Shown: one piece after another, positions 1 through 7,655 of the stretch
How positions within the stretch are numbered: position 1 is the first letter of the stretch
Layout of the letters: every line of letters begins with the position of its first letter
Source: Candidatus Hydrogenedentota bacterium
GTDB taxonomy: Bacteria; Hydrogenedentota; Hydrogenedentia; Hydrogenedentales; GCA-2746185
Reading direction: 5' to 3'
Assembly: GCA_046583315.1 (NCBI GenBank)
Contig: JAYGCN010000289.1
Coordinates: 1 to 14,369, forward strand
DNA length: 14,369 bases
Program-made: the position numbers and the translations under genes
The notes under the pieces: generated by a model
Seen by the model: only the letters and a program-made list of their open reading frames with translations
Told to the model about the DNA's origin: nothing
Database searches by the model: none

Positions 1-146
1 CCTGATGATGAACCGTTGCTCGTCAAACGAATCATCGAATTGGCCTCTGAATATGGTCGTTATGGTACCGTCGCATAACGGATTTGCTTCGCCGGGAAGG
101 CTGGAAAGTGAACCACAAACGTGTCGCGCGATTGTGGCGCAAGGAG
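1..146 (+). mobile_element. IS3-family transposase (OrfB, HTH-like region) remnant, frameshifted and 3'-truncated
   Basis: Frame 1 (1-66) reads PDDEPLLVKRIIELASEYGRYG; after a one-base shift at ~66, frame 3 reads YRRITDLLRREGWKVNHKRVARLWRKE. 'RYGYRRI..LL.REGW.VNHKRV.RLWR.E' is the typical IS3 OrfB N-terminal signature. Similarity stops at ~146; no integrase core or right IR follows. Confidence 0.85.
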
Positions 147-1014
147 AAAGTCATTCTGAACAACGAACTTTCTACCTCCGAAACAGTGAAAGACAACAAT
201 CAAGGTGATTATTTCGGGCTTGATAGGCACCAATTATCATTTCGATACGTGTTAACGTTGAATGAAGATAGAGAGTATTATTTGATGCTGGATTCTCTTC
301 TGATGGACATCGACAGTGATGGGCGGTTGGATGGTTCTCAGGAGGTCGTGCCCAATCATCTTAATGATCTCGGGGTAGGTTTGATGTTCCGGGAACGGGT
401 TCACGAGACGTGGAAGCTGGGAGGAACGTTGAAGGTGGGTTCGGCCTCTGACGATCTTTTTCATTCCTCTGAATGAATGGTATGTGCGCACGACTCTTTT
501 TCTTCAAATACCGCATTACGAATATACGTCGTGGGTACTCATTGGCAGTATCGATACGAAAAGGGAATATCCCGTCTTACCTGGGTTCGGATACTCTTTT
601 CCGTTGAGTGAAGGAGCATTCGCCATCGTCGGGCTACCGTTTGCGGGTGCAGCGGGACAGCTCTCGGACAAATTGAACTTTCAGTTCTCCTTTAGACCGC
701 TTCGCAACGCAAACGCGCGCGTGGGGTATCAAGCCACGGAAAAGATAGAACCTTATGTGGGATTCAAGTGGCAGAGCAGGTATTTTTCCCGAGCGGATCG
801 CGACGATTCTGATGACAGAATTCTATTTGAAGATCAGCGCCTCTTCGCTGGAGCACGTATGGCAGTTACCAAGAAATCAACGGTGGATCTAAAGAGCGGA
901 GTCATCCTCATGCGGAAAATCTCTGAAGGGGATGACAGCGACGAGCGAGATCAAAATGATTTAGATATAGATGACGCCTGGTTTGAAAGTCTGACCCTGA
1001 ACATCCGATTTTAA
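147..1014 (+). pseudogene. Outer-membrane beta-barrel protein (possibly DUF6268-like), 5' end missing and split by one frameshift at ~468
   Basis: ORFs 84-476 and 484-1014 join if one base is removed near 468 (...GSASDDLFHS|LNEWYVRTTLFLQ...). Amphipathic beta-strand pattern; C-terminus LTLNIRF with terminal Phe is a typical BAM signal. No start codon or signal peptide of its own. The family name is from memory. Confidence 0.6.
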
Positions 1015-1085
1015 AAGTTGGCTGCATTTTGATAAACTGTGTGCCTGACGCTCTGGCATTCTTTCGTACTTGCCAGTGCTTCCAT

Positions 1086-1114
1086 TTGACAGCTCAGCGG
1101 GAAGGTATTAGACT
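1086..1114 (+). promoter_or_regulatory. sigma70-type promoter for tRNA-Glu (and probably pcm)
   Basis: TTGACA (1086-1091), 17-bp spacer, TAGACT (1109-1114), 26 nt upstream of the tRNA. Confidence 0.75.
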
Positions 1115-1140
1115 GTCTAATGGCTTAGGATACGCATTTT

Positions 1141-1217
1141 GGCCCGTTCGTCTAGCTTGGTCAGGACGCCGCCCTCTCACGGCGGAAACAGGGGTTCAAA
1201 TCCCCTACGGGCTACCA
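1141..1217 (+). tRNA. tRNA-Glu, anticodon CTC
   Basis: Acceptor stem GGCCCGT/ACGGGCT (G1-U72 wobble), discriminator A, encoded CCA (1215-1217); anticodon arm CCGCC-CTCTCAC-GGCGG with CTC at 1176-1178; T arm AGGGG-TTCAAAT-CCCCT. Confidence 0.97.
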
Positions 1218-1244
1218 TCTGCACCGTTGCCAGGAGGTAGAGGA

Positions 1245-2006
1245 ATGCGACGCAAATGTTTCGCGCTATTCATTGTCCTGATTTGTGTATCTCACACGAG
1301 TCCATTGAGAGCACAGTCGAAGGATGAATTCCAGGATGCCCGGAATAACATGGTACGGGTTCAGATTGCGGGTTCGCTGTTTGGTCGGGAGCCTGTGAAG
1401 GATGTTGCGGTATTGAACGCGATGCGTAAGGTTCCGCGACATCGCTTTGTTCCGGAACAGGTCAAGGAGCGGGCGTACAGCGACAGACCTTTGCCGATAG
1501 GTAATCGCCAGACGATTTCTCAGCCGTATATTGTCGGATTCATGACCGAAGCATTGCAGGCTAAGCCTGGAGATACCATTCTGGAGATTGGCACAGGATC
1601 GGGGTACCAGGCCGCAGTGCTGGCCGAAATTGTGAAGAAGGTTTACTCGATCGAGATTGTTCCGGATCTGGGGACACGCGCGGCCAAGACGCTGTCGGCG
1701 CTTGAGTATGACAATGTCGAGGTGCGCGTGGGTGACGGGTATCTTGGATGGCCAAAACAGGCGCCGTTTGACGGTATCATTGTCACTGCTGCTCCCGACC
1801 ACATCCCTCAGCCACTCGTGGAGCAATTGAAACCGGGGGGGCGTCTGGTCATTCCCGTTGGGCCTGAAAACGCGACTCAAAAGTTGTTGGTGATCACGAA
1901 ACAGCGTGATGGAACGTTGAGGACGCGCGTCTTGATGCTGGTACGTTTCGTTCCATTTACTGGCGAGAATGCTGAGAAGGGCGGCGCGCTGAATTCCAGT
2001 AGATAG
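1245..2006 (+). CDS. pcm: Protein-L-isoaspartate(D-aspartate) O-methyltransferase with signal-peptide-like N-terminus (253 aa)
   Basis: Motifs AMRKVPRHRFVP, AYSDRPLPIG..QTISQPYIV, LEIGTGSGYQAAVLA, APFDGIIVTAAP, QLKPGGRLVIPVG, VRFVP. Start moved to ATG 1245 (GGAGG/AGGA upstream) because the track start at 1029 runs through the tRNA. Confidence 0.95.
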   Translation: MRRKCFALFIVLICVSHTSPLRAQSKDEFQDARNNMVRVQIAGSLFGREPVKDVAVLNAMRKVPRHRFVPEQVKERAYSDRPLPIGNRQTISQPYIVGFMTEALQAKPGDTILEIGTGSGYQAAVLAEIVKKVYSIEIVPDLGTRAAKTLSALEYDNVEVRVGDGYLGWPKQAPFDGIIVTAAPDHIPQPLVEQLKPGGRLVIPVGPENATQKLLVITKQRDGTLRTRVLMLVRFVPFTGENAEKGGALNSSR

Positions 2007-2024
2007 TGTCCAAGCAGATACTGA

Positions 2025-2046
2025 CAAGGAGCACCTTGGTTTTCTT
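2025..2046 (+). terminator. Possible weak intrinsic terminator after pcm
   Basis: CAAGG-AGCA-CCTTG hairpin followed by GTTTTCTT, between convergent genes; the stem is only 5 bp. Confidence 0.3.
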
Positions 2047-2069
2047 CGTGTGGCTATGCCGTAGTTCCC

Positions 2070-3143
2070 TTAATTGGCGGATTTAGAATCCGATTCGCCT
2101 TGAGAATTGATTGTTATTGCGTGTTTTGTACTGTTTATAATGAGACCTTCCATCATCCTAGCGAGTGATTCGGGATTCATGGATTCGATGAGGTAGGAGT
2201 GATTCGAATCGGGGGTGGGCAGCCATTTGGTGATACCGGTCGCGTCGTCCACGTACACGCTACCGTCGGATTGTTTCTTCCAGTATTCTTCGCCCTGGAA
2301 GGAGAGTCCTCTTACGGCATAAATTATGGAGGTCTCGTCCCAGCTGGGTCTGCCTTCGTTAAGGGCATTCCAGGCGCTTTCCAATCCCGTGCGCAGAGGG
2401 GATTCCGGGAGATCTTCTTTGTAAACCTGCCCGGATATGATTTTTTCGCCGATTTCGAATCCGCTTATCATGATGGGCACATTCTCGGGCCAGTTTTCCA
2501 GCACGTACTTGGTGCAGCGCCCGACGCCGGCATAGCAAAAATTATATTCCCAACCCTCTGGAAACGATCCCCCCATGACGGAGAGTTCTTTGACTTTTGC
2601 GCTGACGAGTTCTCGACCGTTCAGGTCGCTTATGTAGTCGGCTTTCGAGTCGAGCAGGTCTCTGAGGTTGACAAGCCAACCGGTCGTGACAATCACAACG
2701 CTGTTATCCGGTTGTTTGGCCAAGGCTTTGCGGTAGACGGATATCGCGTTGGGGCATCGGTCATCATCCGGCGCATCGTGCGGGTATTTGTCGCGCACCG
2801 CCGTGGTCCACGGACTTCGTGCCAAGGGTATCGCGTACTTATGAAAAATCTGGTTTATTCGACTCGTTCCTACCGGAATATCGGGACGACCGTAGAAGGT
2901 GTTGATGGCATCAATTGTGGCACCGGAGGCCCGGTTGGTTTCATACCCGCAGGCTACCGTGGCGAGTATTTCGGCCTCGCCTGCGTCGGCAAAGGCGTGG
3001 AGCAAACAGAGCGCATTCATGTCTTCGGGATCCAGTGCCATGTCCGAATCGAAAATGATCTTGACCGGGTTATTCTGTGCGTTGCTGGATATCGAGATAA
3101 GGGTGACAAATAGTGTCGCAAGTATGATGGAACATCGTTTCAT
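2070..3143 (-). CDS. Inosine/uridine-preferring nucleoside hydrolase family protein, predicted secreted
   Basis: N-terminal Asp motif KIIFDSDMALDPEDMNAL, plus VVIVTTGWLVNL..LL, LSVMGG.FP.G.EYNF and RPSWD; signal peptide MKRCSIILATLFVTLISISSNA-Q. Confidence 0.85.
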   Translation of the reverse strand: MKRCSIILATLFVTLISISSNAQNNPVKIIFDSDMALDPEDMNALCLLHAFADAGEAEILATVACGYETNRASGATIDAINTFYGRPDIPVGTSRINQIFHKYAIPLARSPWTTAVRDKYPHDAPDDDRCPNAISVYRKALAKQPDNSVVIVTTGWLVNLRDLLDSKADYISDLNGRELVSAKVKELSVMGGSFPEGWEYNFCYAGVGRCTKYVLENWPENVPIMISGFEIGEKIISGQVYKEDLPESPLRTGLESAWNALNEGRPSWDETSIIYAVRGLSFQGEEYWKKQSDGSVYVDDATGITKWLPTPDSNHSYLIESMNPESLARMMEGLIINSTKHAITINSQGESDSKSAN

Positions 3144-3233
3144 GATCGTACCTTCAGCTGTTAAGTACTATTTTTCCTGCGCCACGGTAACTCCCGTCCG
3201 ACGGAGCGTTGACTCCGCGGGGAACGCGATATC

Positions 3234-3262
3234 ATTATAGGGAGGGAGAGGCACTTTGGCAA
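3234..3262 (-). promoter_or_regulatory. sigma70-type promoter for the nucleoside hydrolase gene
   Basis: Minus strand TTGCCA (3262-3257), 17 bp, TATAAT (3239-3234). Confidence 0.7.
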
Positions 3263-3343
3263 AGTCTCAGCCCCGGATAGAGAAAATCTCCACACCGGGC
3301 GGGTCATCGTGTATTATAGGGCGTTCACGAAGGAGTATTGCGA

Positions 3344-3769
3344 ATGATTCCTGGAAGCATAGTCGGCCCGAACGAAACATGTCCATGCGGCAGTGGGCAG
3401 AAGTATAAGTACTGTTGTCAGTCGCTTAAAGGAGGTGCTTCAAAAAAAAGGCGCCCGGTGGTGTTGGGCGTGTTACTCGCGGTGGGAGTGATTGGGGTCG
3501 GGTGGGCATCGACCTTGCAACCGAAAGACTCATCAACTTCGCCTGTCGGAATTCGACTGGGTACACCAACCGGGCAGCCTTCGGGTGCGGCACCTGCTGG
3601 AAAGGTCTGGGCACAGGAGCATGGACACTGGCATGACATTCTAGAGGTTGGAGCAACGACATCGCCGGGGGCGGGTTCGGTGACTTCATTTACGCCTCAG
3701 CCTGCGGGTGAAGCCCCTCCTGGCAAAGTATGGTCAGCGGAACACGGTCATTGGCATGATGTGGGATAA
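3344..3769 (+). CDS. SEC-C zinc-motif membrane protein with two His/Trp-rich C-terminal repeats
   Basis: GPNETCPCGSGQKYKYCC is a SEC-C motif; basic KKRRP then hydrophobic VVLGVLLAVGVIGVGWA; two GKVWxxEHGHWHD repeats. ATG 3344 lies 8 nt after AAGGAG. Confidence 0.8.
   Translation: MIPGSIVGPNETCPCGSGQKYKYCCQSLKGGASKKRRPVVLGVLLAVGVIGVGWASTLQPKDSSTSPVGIRLGTPTGQPSGAAPAGKVWAQEHGHWHDILEVGATTSPGAGSVTSFTPQPAGEAPPGKVWSAEHGHWHDVG
3575..3760 (+). repeat. Two 21-codon intragenic repeats (3575-3637 and 3698-3760)
   Basis: QPSGAAPAGKVWAQEHGHWHD vs QPAGEAPPGKVWSAEHGHWHD, 16/21 identical, with several synonymous DNA differences. Confidence 0.9.
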
Positions 3770-3841
3770 TTTCTCGGGGGTGACCATAGGAGAATCACGT
3801 TCTTCAGGGCCGGGTTCCGAGCCCGAAGAAGCAACGCGAAG

Positions 3842-4201
3842 ATGGTGATATCGGTTCGTAGATTGTTCCAATCACTCAATAAAGTGCTTGATTCAGGTGC
3901 CTCGAAAGCCATCTTCGAACATGTTCGGAACTATCTGTATTCTTCTTTATTATTTGCGGCAGGCACATACGCCATAGCAGAGGTTGACACCGCGTTCTTC
4001 GGTCTGGTTCAGGCAGAGGGCCTTGGATGGGGTGTGATGCTCGTCGCTTTATCGCTCTGGTTGCTAAACTTTTACGATGGTCTGCGTAAACTACATCGCC
4101 GAAACTACACGATGGTTTTTAGCCTCTTTTTCGGACTAATTTACGTGTTGTTGTCTGTTCGCATTGTTGAAGTTATATGGCAGTTCCGAAGTGGCTCCTG
4201 A
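3842..4201 (+). CDS. Hypothetical small integral membrane protein (about 3 TM helices)
   Basis: 119-aa ORF with hydrophobic segments YLYSSLLFAAGTYAIA, LGWGVMLVALSLWLLNFY and MVFSLFFGLIYVLLSV; fills the gap between genes. Start and RBS uncertain. Confidence 0.7.
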   Translation: MVISVRRLFQSLNKVLDSGASKAIFEHVRNYLYSSLLFAAGTYAIAEVDTAFFGLVQAEGLGWGVMLVALSLWLLNFYDGLRKLHRRNYTMVFSLFFGLIYVLLSVRIVEVIWQFRSGS

Positions 4202-4263
4202 CGGTTTAGTCTCGAACATAAATTCGAGGTCTTGGCGAAGCACGCTGCTCCGCTCCCTATTTT

Positions 4264-5175
4264 CTAATGCAATGGTTGTGGCGCGCCTTTCGCTTTTACT
4301 TCGGCGTCGTGGTCGTTTTTGGCTTCCATCAGCGCGGGGATGGCTTTGTCTAGATCATCCAAGGTCCACATGCCGTCTACTGTGTAGGACTTTATCAGAG
4401 CGGGCTGTTGCATGATGCCGACCCAGCCTTGCATCACATCGATGATCTGCGCGTTGATGTCTTGTGCGGCACTGGATGCGAGCCAGGTGACGACTTCGGC
4501 GATTTGTTTGGGACTTTGGTCGGGGGCATCCACGTCAACGGATGCGCCGCGTGCTTCGCGAAGGCCGATCGTCATGCGGGTTGAGGCGCCGGGGGAGATG
4601 GTGTTGACGCGCGTGCCGTATTTGTCCAGCTCGAGCGCCAGTACACGGCTGAACCCGGCGATGCCTGACTTTGCGGCACCGTAGTTGGACTGTCCGAAGT
4701 TGCCGTAGAGACCGGAGACGGACGAAAAGTTTAGAATACGACAGTCCTGCCGATTGGTCTCGCGGATGTATTTGGCGAAGGGTCGGGTGCAGCAGTAGTG
4801 GCCTTTTAGATGCACGGCGATGACCGCGTCCCAATCTTCTTCTTCCATGTTGAATATCGTTCGGTCGCGCAGGATGCCCGCGTTGTTGACGAGGATATCA
4901 AGGGCTCCGAAACTATCGATGGCGGTCTGGAATATTCCTTGGCCGCCTTCGGTTGTGGCTACGCTGTCGTAGTTGGCCGCGGCCTCACCGCCGAGTGCCT
5001 TGATCTCTTCAACAACCTCGTCCGCGATACACGATCCGCCATCTCCGTCGACCTCACCACCGAGATCGTTGACGACGACTTTTGCGCCTTCACGAGCGAA
5101 GGCAAGAGCGATGTCGCGACCGATACCTCGACCTGCTCCGGTCACTGCTGCTACTTTTCCGTCCAATGCACCCAT
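4264..5175 (-). CDS. Short-chain dehydrogenase/reductase (3-hydroxyacyl-CoA dehydrogenase / MFE-2-like subfamily)
   Basis: TGAGRGIG, VVVNDLGG, LVNNAGILRD, catalytic S...NYGAAK (SSVSGLYGNFGQSNYGAAK); GAGGAGG upstream. Confidence 0.93.
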   Translation of the reverse strand: MGALDGKVAAVTGAGRGIGRDIALAFAREGAKVVVNDLGGEVDGDGGSCIADEVVEEIKALGGEAAANYDSVATTEGGQGIFQTAIDSFGALDILVNNAGILRDRTIFNMEEEDWDAVIAVHLKGHYCCTRPFAKYIRETNRQDCRILNFSSVSGLYGNFGQSNYGAAKSGIAGFSRVLALELDKYGTRVNTISPGASTRMTIGLREARGASVDVDAPDQSPKQIAEVVTWLASSAAQDINAQIIDVMQGWVGIMQQPALIKSYTVDGMWTLDDLDKAIPALMEAKNDHDAEVKAKGAPQPLH

Positions 5176-5211
5176 ACCTTCGTAACCTCCTCTATTGACA
5201 GGCTTTCAGGA

Positions 5212-5231
5212 CGTGTTTCAGATGAAACACG
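5212..5231. promoter_or_regulatory. Perfect 9-2-9 palindrome between pilT and the SDR (operator or hairpin)
   Basis: CGTGTTTCA-GA-TGAAACACG; no U-tract on either side. Confidence 0.45.
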
Positions 5232-5237
5232 GCTCAG

Positions 5238-6380
5238 CTACTTCTTAAGAATCCCACCACCACCAGTGGTCACGTAGATTCCCTGCAAGTTCATCTGAAG
5301 TTCTTCTTGATTGTCGGAAGCGTCCATCGCGTCTTCCTGGGTAATGAGCCCCTGATTGATCAGCGATACAAGACTCATATTGAAGGTTTGCATGTGGTCG
5401 TTTTTCCCCGCAATTAGAGCTCCTGGAATTTGGCTGAGGTTATTATCACGGATCAGGGATCGGATTCCGGGATTCGTAAACATAATTTCCACGGCAGGCA
5501 CTCTGCCGGCTCCATCGGCAGACGGAATCAGACGCTGCGAAAGAATCGCCTTTAGTTGATAGGAGAGTTGTGTGCGAATCTGCTGATGTTGATCCGGCGG
5601 AAAGAGATCAATCACGCGATCGACCGTCAGCATCGCATTGGTTGTGTGTGTTGTGCTAAATACGAGGTGACCCGTTTCGGAGGCATGAATGGCTGCTTCG
5701 AAAGTCTCGATATCGCGGAGTTCGCCTATCAGTATCACGTCCGGATCTTCACGCATGAGTGCGCGCAACGCTGTCGTGAAGTCCTTGGAGTCGATACCGA
5801 TCTCTCTTTGTGTAATCGTACTCAAGATATCTTCATGCACAAACTCAATGGGATCCTCTAAACATACAATATGATCCCGTCGTGTTCGATTGATGATATT
5901 GATGATGGAAGCCAATGAGGTGGACTTCCCGCTGCCGGTCGTACCGGTGACCAGCACCATTCCACGTCGCAGAGAAGCGATTTGATGAATCGCGTCTGAG
6001 GGGAGATTCAATCCCCGGTGATCCGGAATCTTCCCCTTGACATGTCGCAAGATAATCCCGTACGCACCGCGTTGTTTGAATGCGTTCACCCGAAAGCGAC
6101 CTACGCCCGCCACGTTCAGCGCGAGATCGGCGTCACCGGTCTCAAAGAATTTCGTTTTCTCTCGATCCTTCATCACATCATCAACGATAGCGAGCATTTC
6201 CTGCTCGGAGATTCCCTTCTCACCCGCAAATCGACATTCGCCGTCTACGCGCAACACGGGCGGGCGTCCGACCTTCAAGTGAATGTCGGAAGCACCAAGC
6301 TTGATGGCATAGGCCAGAATACGACGTAAATTGAGAGGACTGCGTGTCTTTCGCGCGGCAAACAAGACTTCCGGGGCCAT
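5238..6380 (-). CDS. pilT: Type IV pilus PilT/PilU-family retraction ATPase
   Basis: GASDIHLKVG.PP..RVDG, RFRVNAF.QRG, Walker A GTTGSGKST, Asp box EDPIEF, Walker B DPDVILIGELRD, His box ETGHLVFSTTHT, AIRNLIRE-like GIRSLIRD. PilT vs PilU cannot be settled by eye. Confidence 0.9.
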   Translation of the reverse strand: MAPEVLFAARKTRSPLNLRRILAYAIKLGASDIHLKVGRPPVLRVDGECRFAGEKGISEQEMLAIVDDVMKDREKTKFFETGDADLALNVAGVGRFRVNAFKQRGAYGIILRHVKGKIPDHRGLNLPSDAIHQIASLRRGMVLVTGTTGSGKSTSLASIINIINRTRRDHIVCLEDPIEFVHEDILSTITQREIGIDSKDFTTALRALMREDPDVILIGELRDIETFEAAIHASETGHLVFSTTHTTNAMLTVDRVIDLFPPDQHQQIRTQLSYQLKAILSQRLIPSADGAGRVPAVEIMFTNPGIRSLIRDNNLSQIPGALIAGKNDHMQTFNMSLVSLINQGLITQEDAMDASDNQEELQMNLQGIYVTTGGGGILKK

Positions 6381-6416
6381 GAGACGATCTCCTCGCGTGG
6401 TTGAATGTGAACAATC

Positions 6417-6444
6417 ATCATAGCATTTTTCCCCGGCAAATCAA
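6417..6444 (-). promoter_or_regulatory. Putative extended -10 promoter for pilT
   Basis: Minus strand TTGATT, 16 bp ending in TGC, then TATGAT (6422-6417). Confidence 0.5.
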
Positions 6445-6456
6445 GTTGCAAATACT

Positions 6457-6485
6457 TTGACAGTACGCGACAAAAAGGGTAAGCT
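6457..6485 (+). promoter_or_regulatory. sigma70-type promoter for the cNMP-binding protein gene
   Basis: TTGACA (6457-6462), 17 bp, TAAGCT (6480-6485). Confidence 0.6.
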
Positions 6486-6531
6486 AAAAGCCGATTTCGG
6501 GCGATTATACTGACTTTGGGAGTTTGTCGAT

Positions 6532-7386
6532 ATGGATGCACACGAGGTGGCCGAAAGAATCGCGGGGCTCGAATTTCTGAGCGGACTTGACGACGATACA
6601 CGCAGTCAGATAACGAATGTCTACCTGGACATTTCTGACGTGATCGCGTACGAGGACGGCGAAGCGATAATCAACGGGGGATACCTGGCCTTCGACACGG
6701 GAATTATCCTGCTCGACGGAAACGTCACACTTGAGTTTGAGGATCAAGACTCCGTTGAAATTTCTGCACCTGTTCTGCTTGGCGAGATGGCGCAATTCAA
6801 GAGTGCCGATGTGCGTTCGGCCACGGTCCGCGCCAAAGGCAAGGCCGTAGGGGCTCAATTTTATTGGAACGACCTCTACCGCGGCGCGCGGGAAACGATG
6901 TCCTCCGCCGCACTGGACGCGTTTCAGCAGGCCATACAGATGCAAGCTTGGGAGCGATTCCAATACAAAGAAATTTTAACCATCCCTCTAATATCGAGCC
7001 TGGATGAAGACGTACGGGTAAAGGTGTGCGGCCCTCTTTCCGTACTGAGCGAATCCGTTCAGCTCAAGGAAATCGAAACGCTGTTCAACCAAGGCTCACT
7101 ATGCCAGAGCACCGGTTATATCTTGGTGGAAGGAAAACTCAAACTCATCCGGAGTGACGGCCAAGAATTCAATCTCTCCGCCCCCAATATTCTGGGTATT
7201 TTCCCCAACAAGACGGATAAAGGGACTGAATGGACGGCGACGGCAATGGCCAATGGCGCGGCATCACTGCTGAAGTTTTCCTGGGGTCCCTACTCCGATC
7301 AATTGTCGAATAATTTGAGCGCCAAAGAACATCAAGAGTATATTGCGAGTCTAAAGGGCAACGGCTCTAAGCATTTTTGGCACTGA
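6532..7386 (+). CDS. Stand-alone protein with two tandem cyclic-nucleotide-binding domains
   Basis: Domain 1 has FLSGLD, G..II..G, GIILLDG.V and the phosphate-binding cassette LGEMAQF...VRSATVRA. Domain 2 repeats it (LISSLD, LFNQG, TGYILVEG.L, SAPNILG, TATAMA). GGAG RBS upstream. Confidence 0.8.
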   Translation: MDAHEVAERIAGLEFLSGLDDDTRSQITNVYLDISDVIAYEDGEAIINGGYLAFDTGIILLDGNVTLEFEDQDSVEISAPVLLGEMAQFKSADVRSATVRAKGKAVGAQFYWNDLYRGARETMSSAALDAFQQAIQMQAWERFQYKEILTIPLISSLDEDVRVKVCGPLSVLSESVQLKEIETLFNQGSLCQSTGYILVEGKLKLIRSDGQEFNLSAPNILGIFPNKTDKGTEWTATAMANGAASLLKFSWGPYSDQLSNNLSAKEHQEYIASLKGNGSKHFWH

Positions 7387-7447
7387 TTTTACATTTTGGG
7401 ATGATAATGACTTGAACGGAAATCATTCTCTACCGCAAGGGCCTTGA

Positions 7448-7477
7448 TTGACAGCATTTTCCTAAGTAATTTAGACT
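7448..7477 (+). promoter_or_regulatory. sigma70-type promoter pointing into a non-coding gap
   Basis: TTGACA (7448-7453), 18 bp, TAGACT (7472-7477); the same hexamers as the tRNA promoter in this window. Confidence 0.55.
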
Positions 7478-7655
7478 GTTCCCGTAGTCGATGATAAGTT
7501 GACTCTGTTGTTTGGGACAGCAACCAGGGGATTATGAGTGGTGAATGAAGCTGATCAGGAAACGAGACGGGGTGCATTGAGCACAGAATACCCTTCTGGA
7601 CGTTCAGCGATAAAATAATCCACACGAATTCATGGATCGGGTGTATACTGGAATT

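Noticed and set aside
60..72. Programmed -1 frameshift of the IS3 element
   Set aside because: The shift falls inside the conserved OrfB RYGYRR motif and there is no slippery A-run, so it is a mutation or sequencing error.
1141..1240. tRNA as an integration site (att) for an island
   Set aside because: No integrase in the window and I saw no duplicate of the tRNA 3' end.
1029..1244. N-terminal extension of pcm in the ORF track
   Set aside because: It runs through the promoter and the tRNA; ATG 1245 has the RBS.
1266..2027. 253-aa antisense ORF
   Set aside because: Shadow of pcm on the opposite strand; no motifs.
2199..3113. 304-aa antisense ORF
   Set aside because: Shadow of the nucleoside hydrolase gene; no motifs.
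3803..3829. Hairpin CTTC-A-GGGC...GCCC-GAAG after the SEC-C gene as a terminator
   Set aside because: Bulged stem and no U-tract; not enough support.
7568..7609. Resemblance to a TPP riboswitch (CGGGGTGC...GCACAGAATACCCTT, CTGGA...CAGCG)
   Set aside because: The essential UGAGA reads ACAGA, the P4 elements (ACCTGAT / GTAGG) are missing, and no thiamine gene follows.
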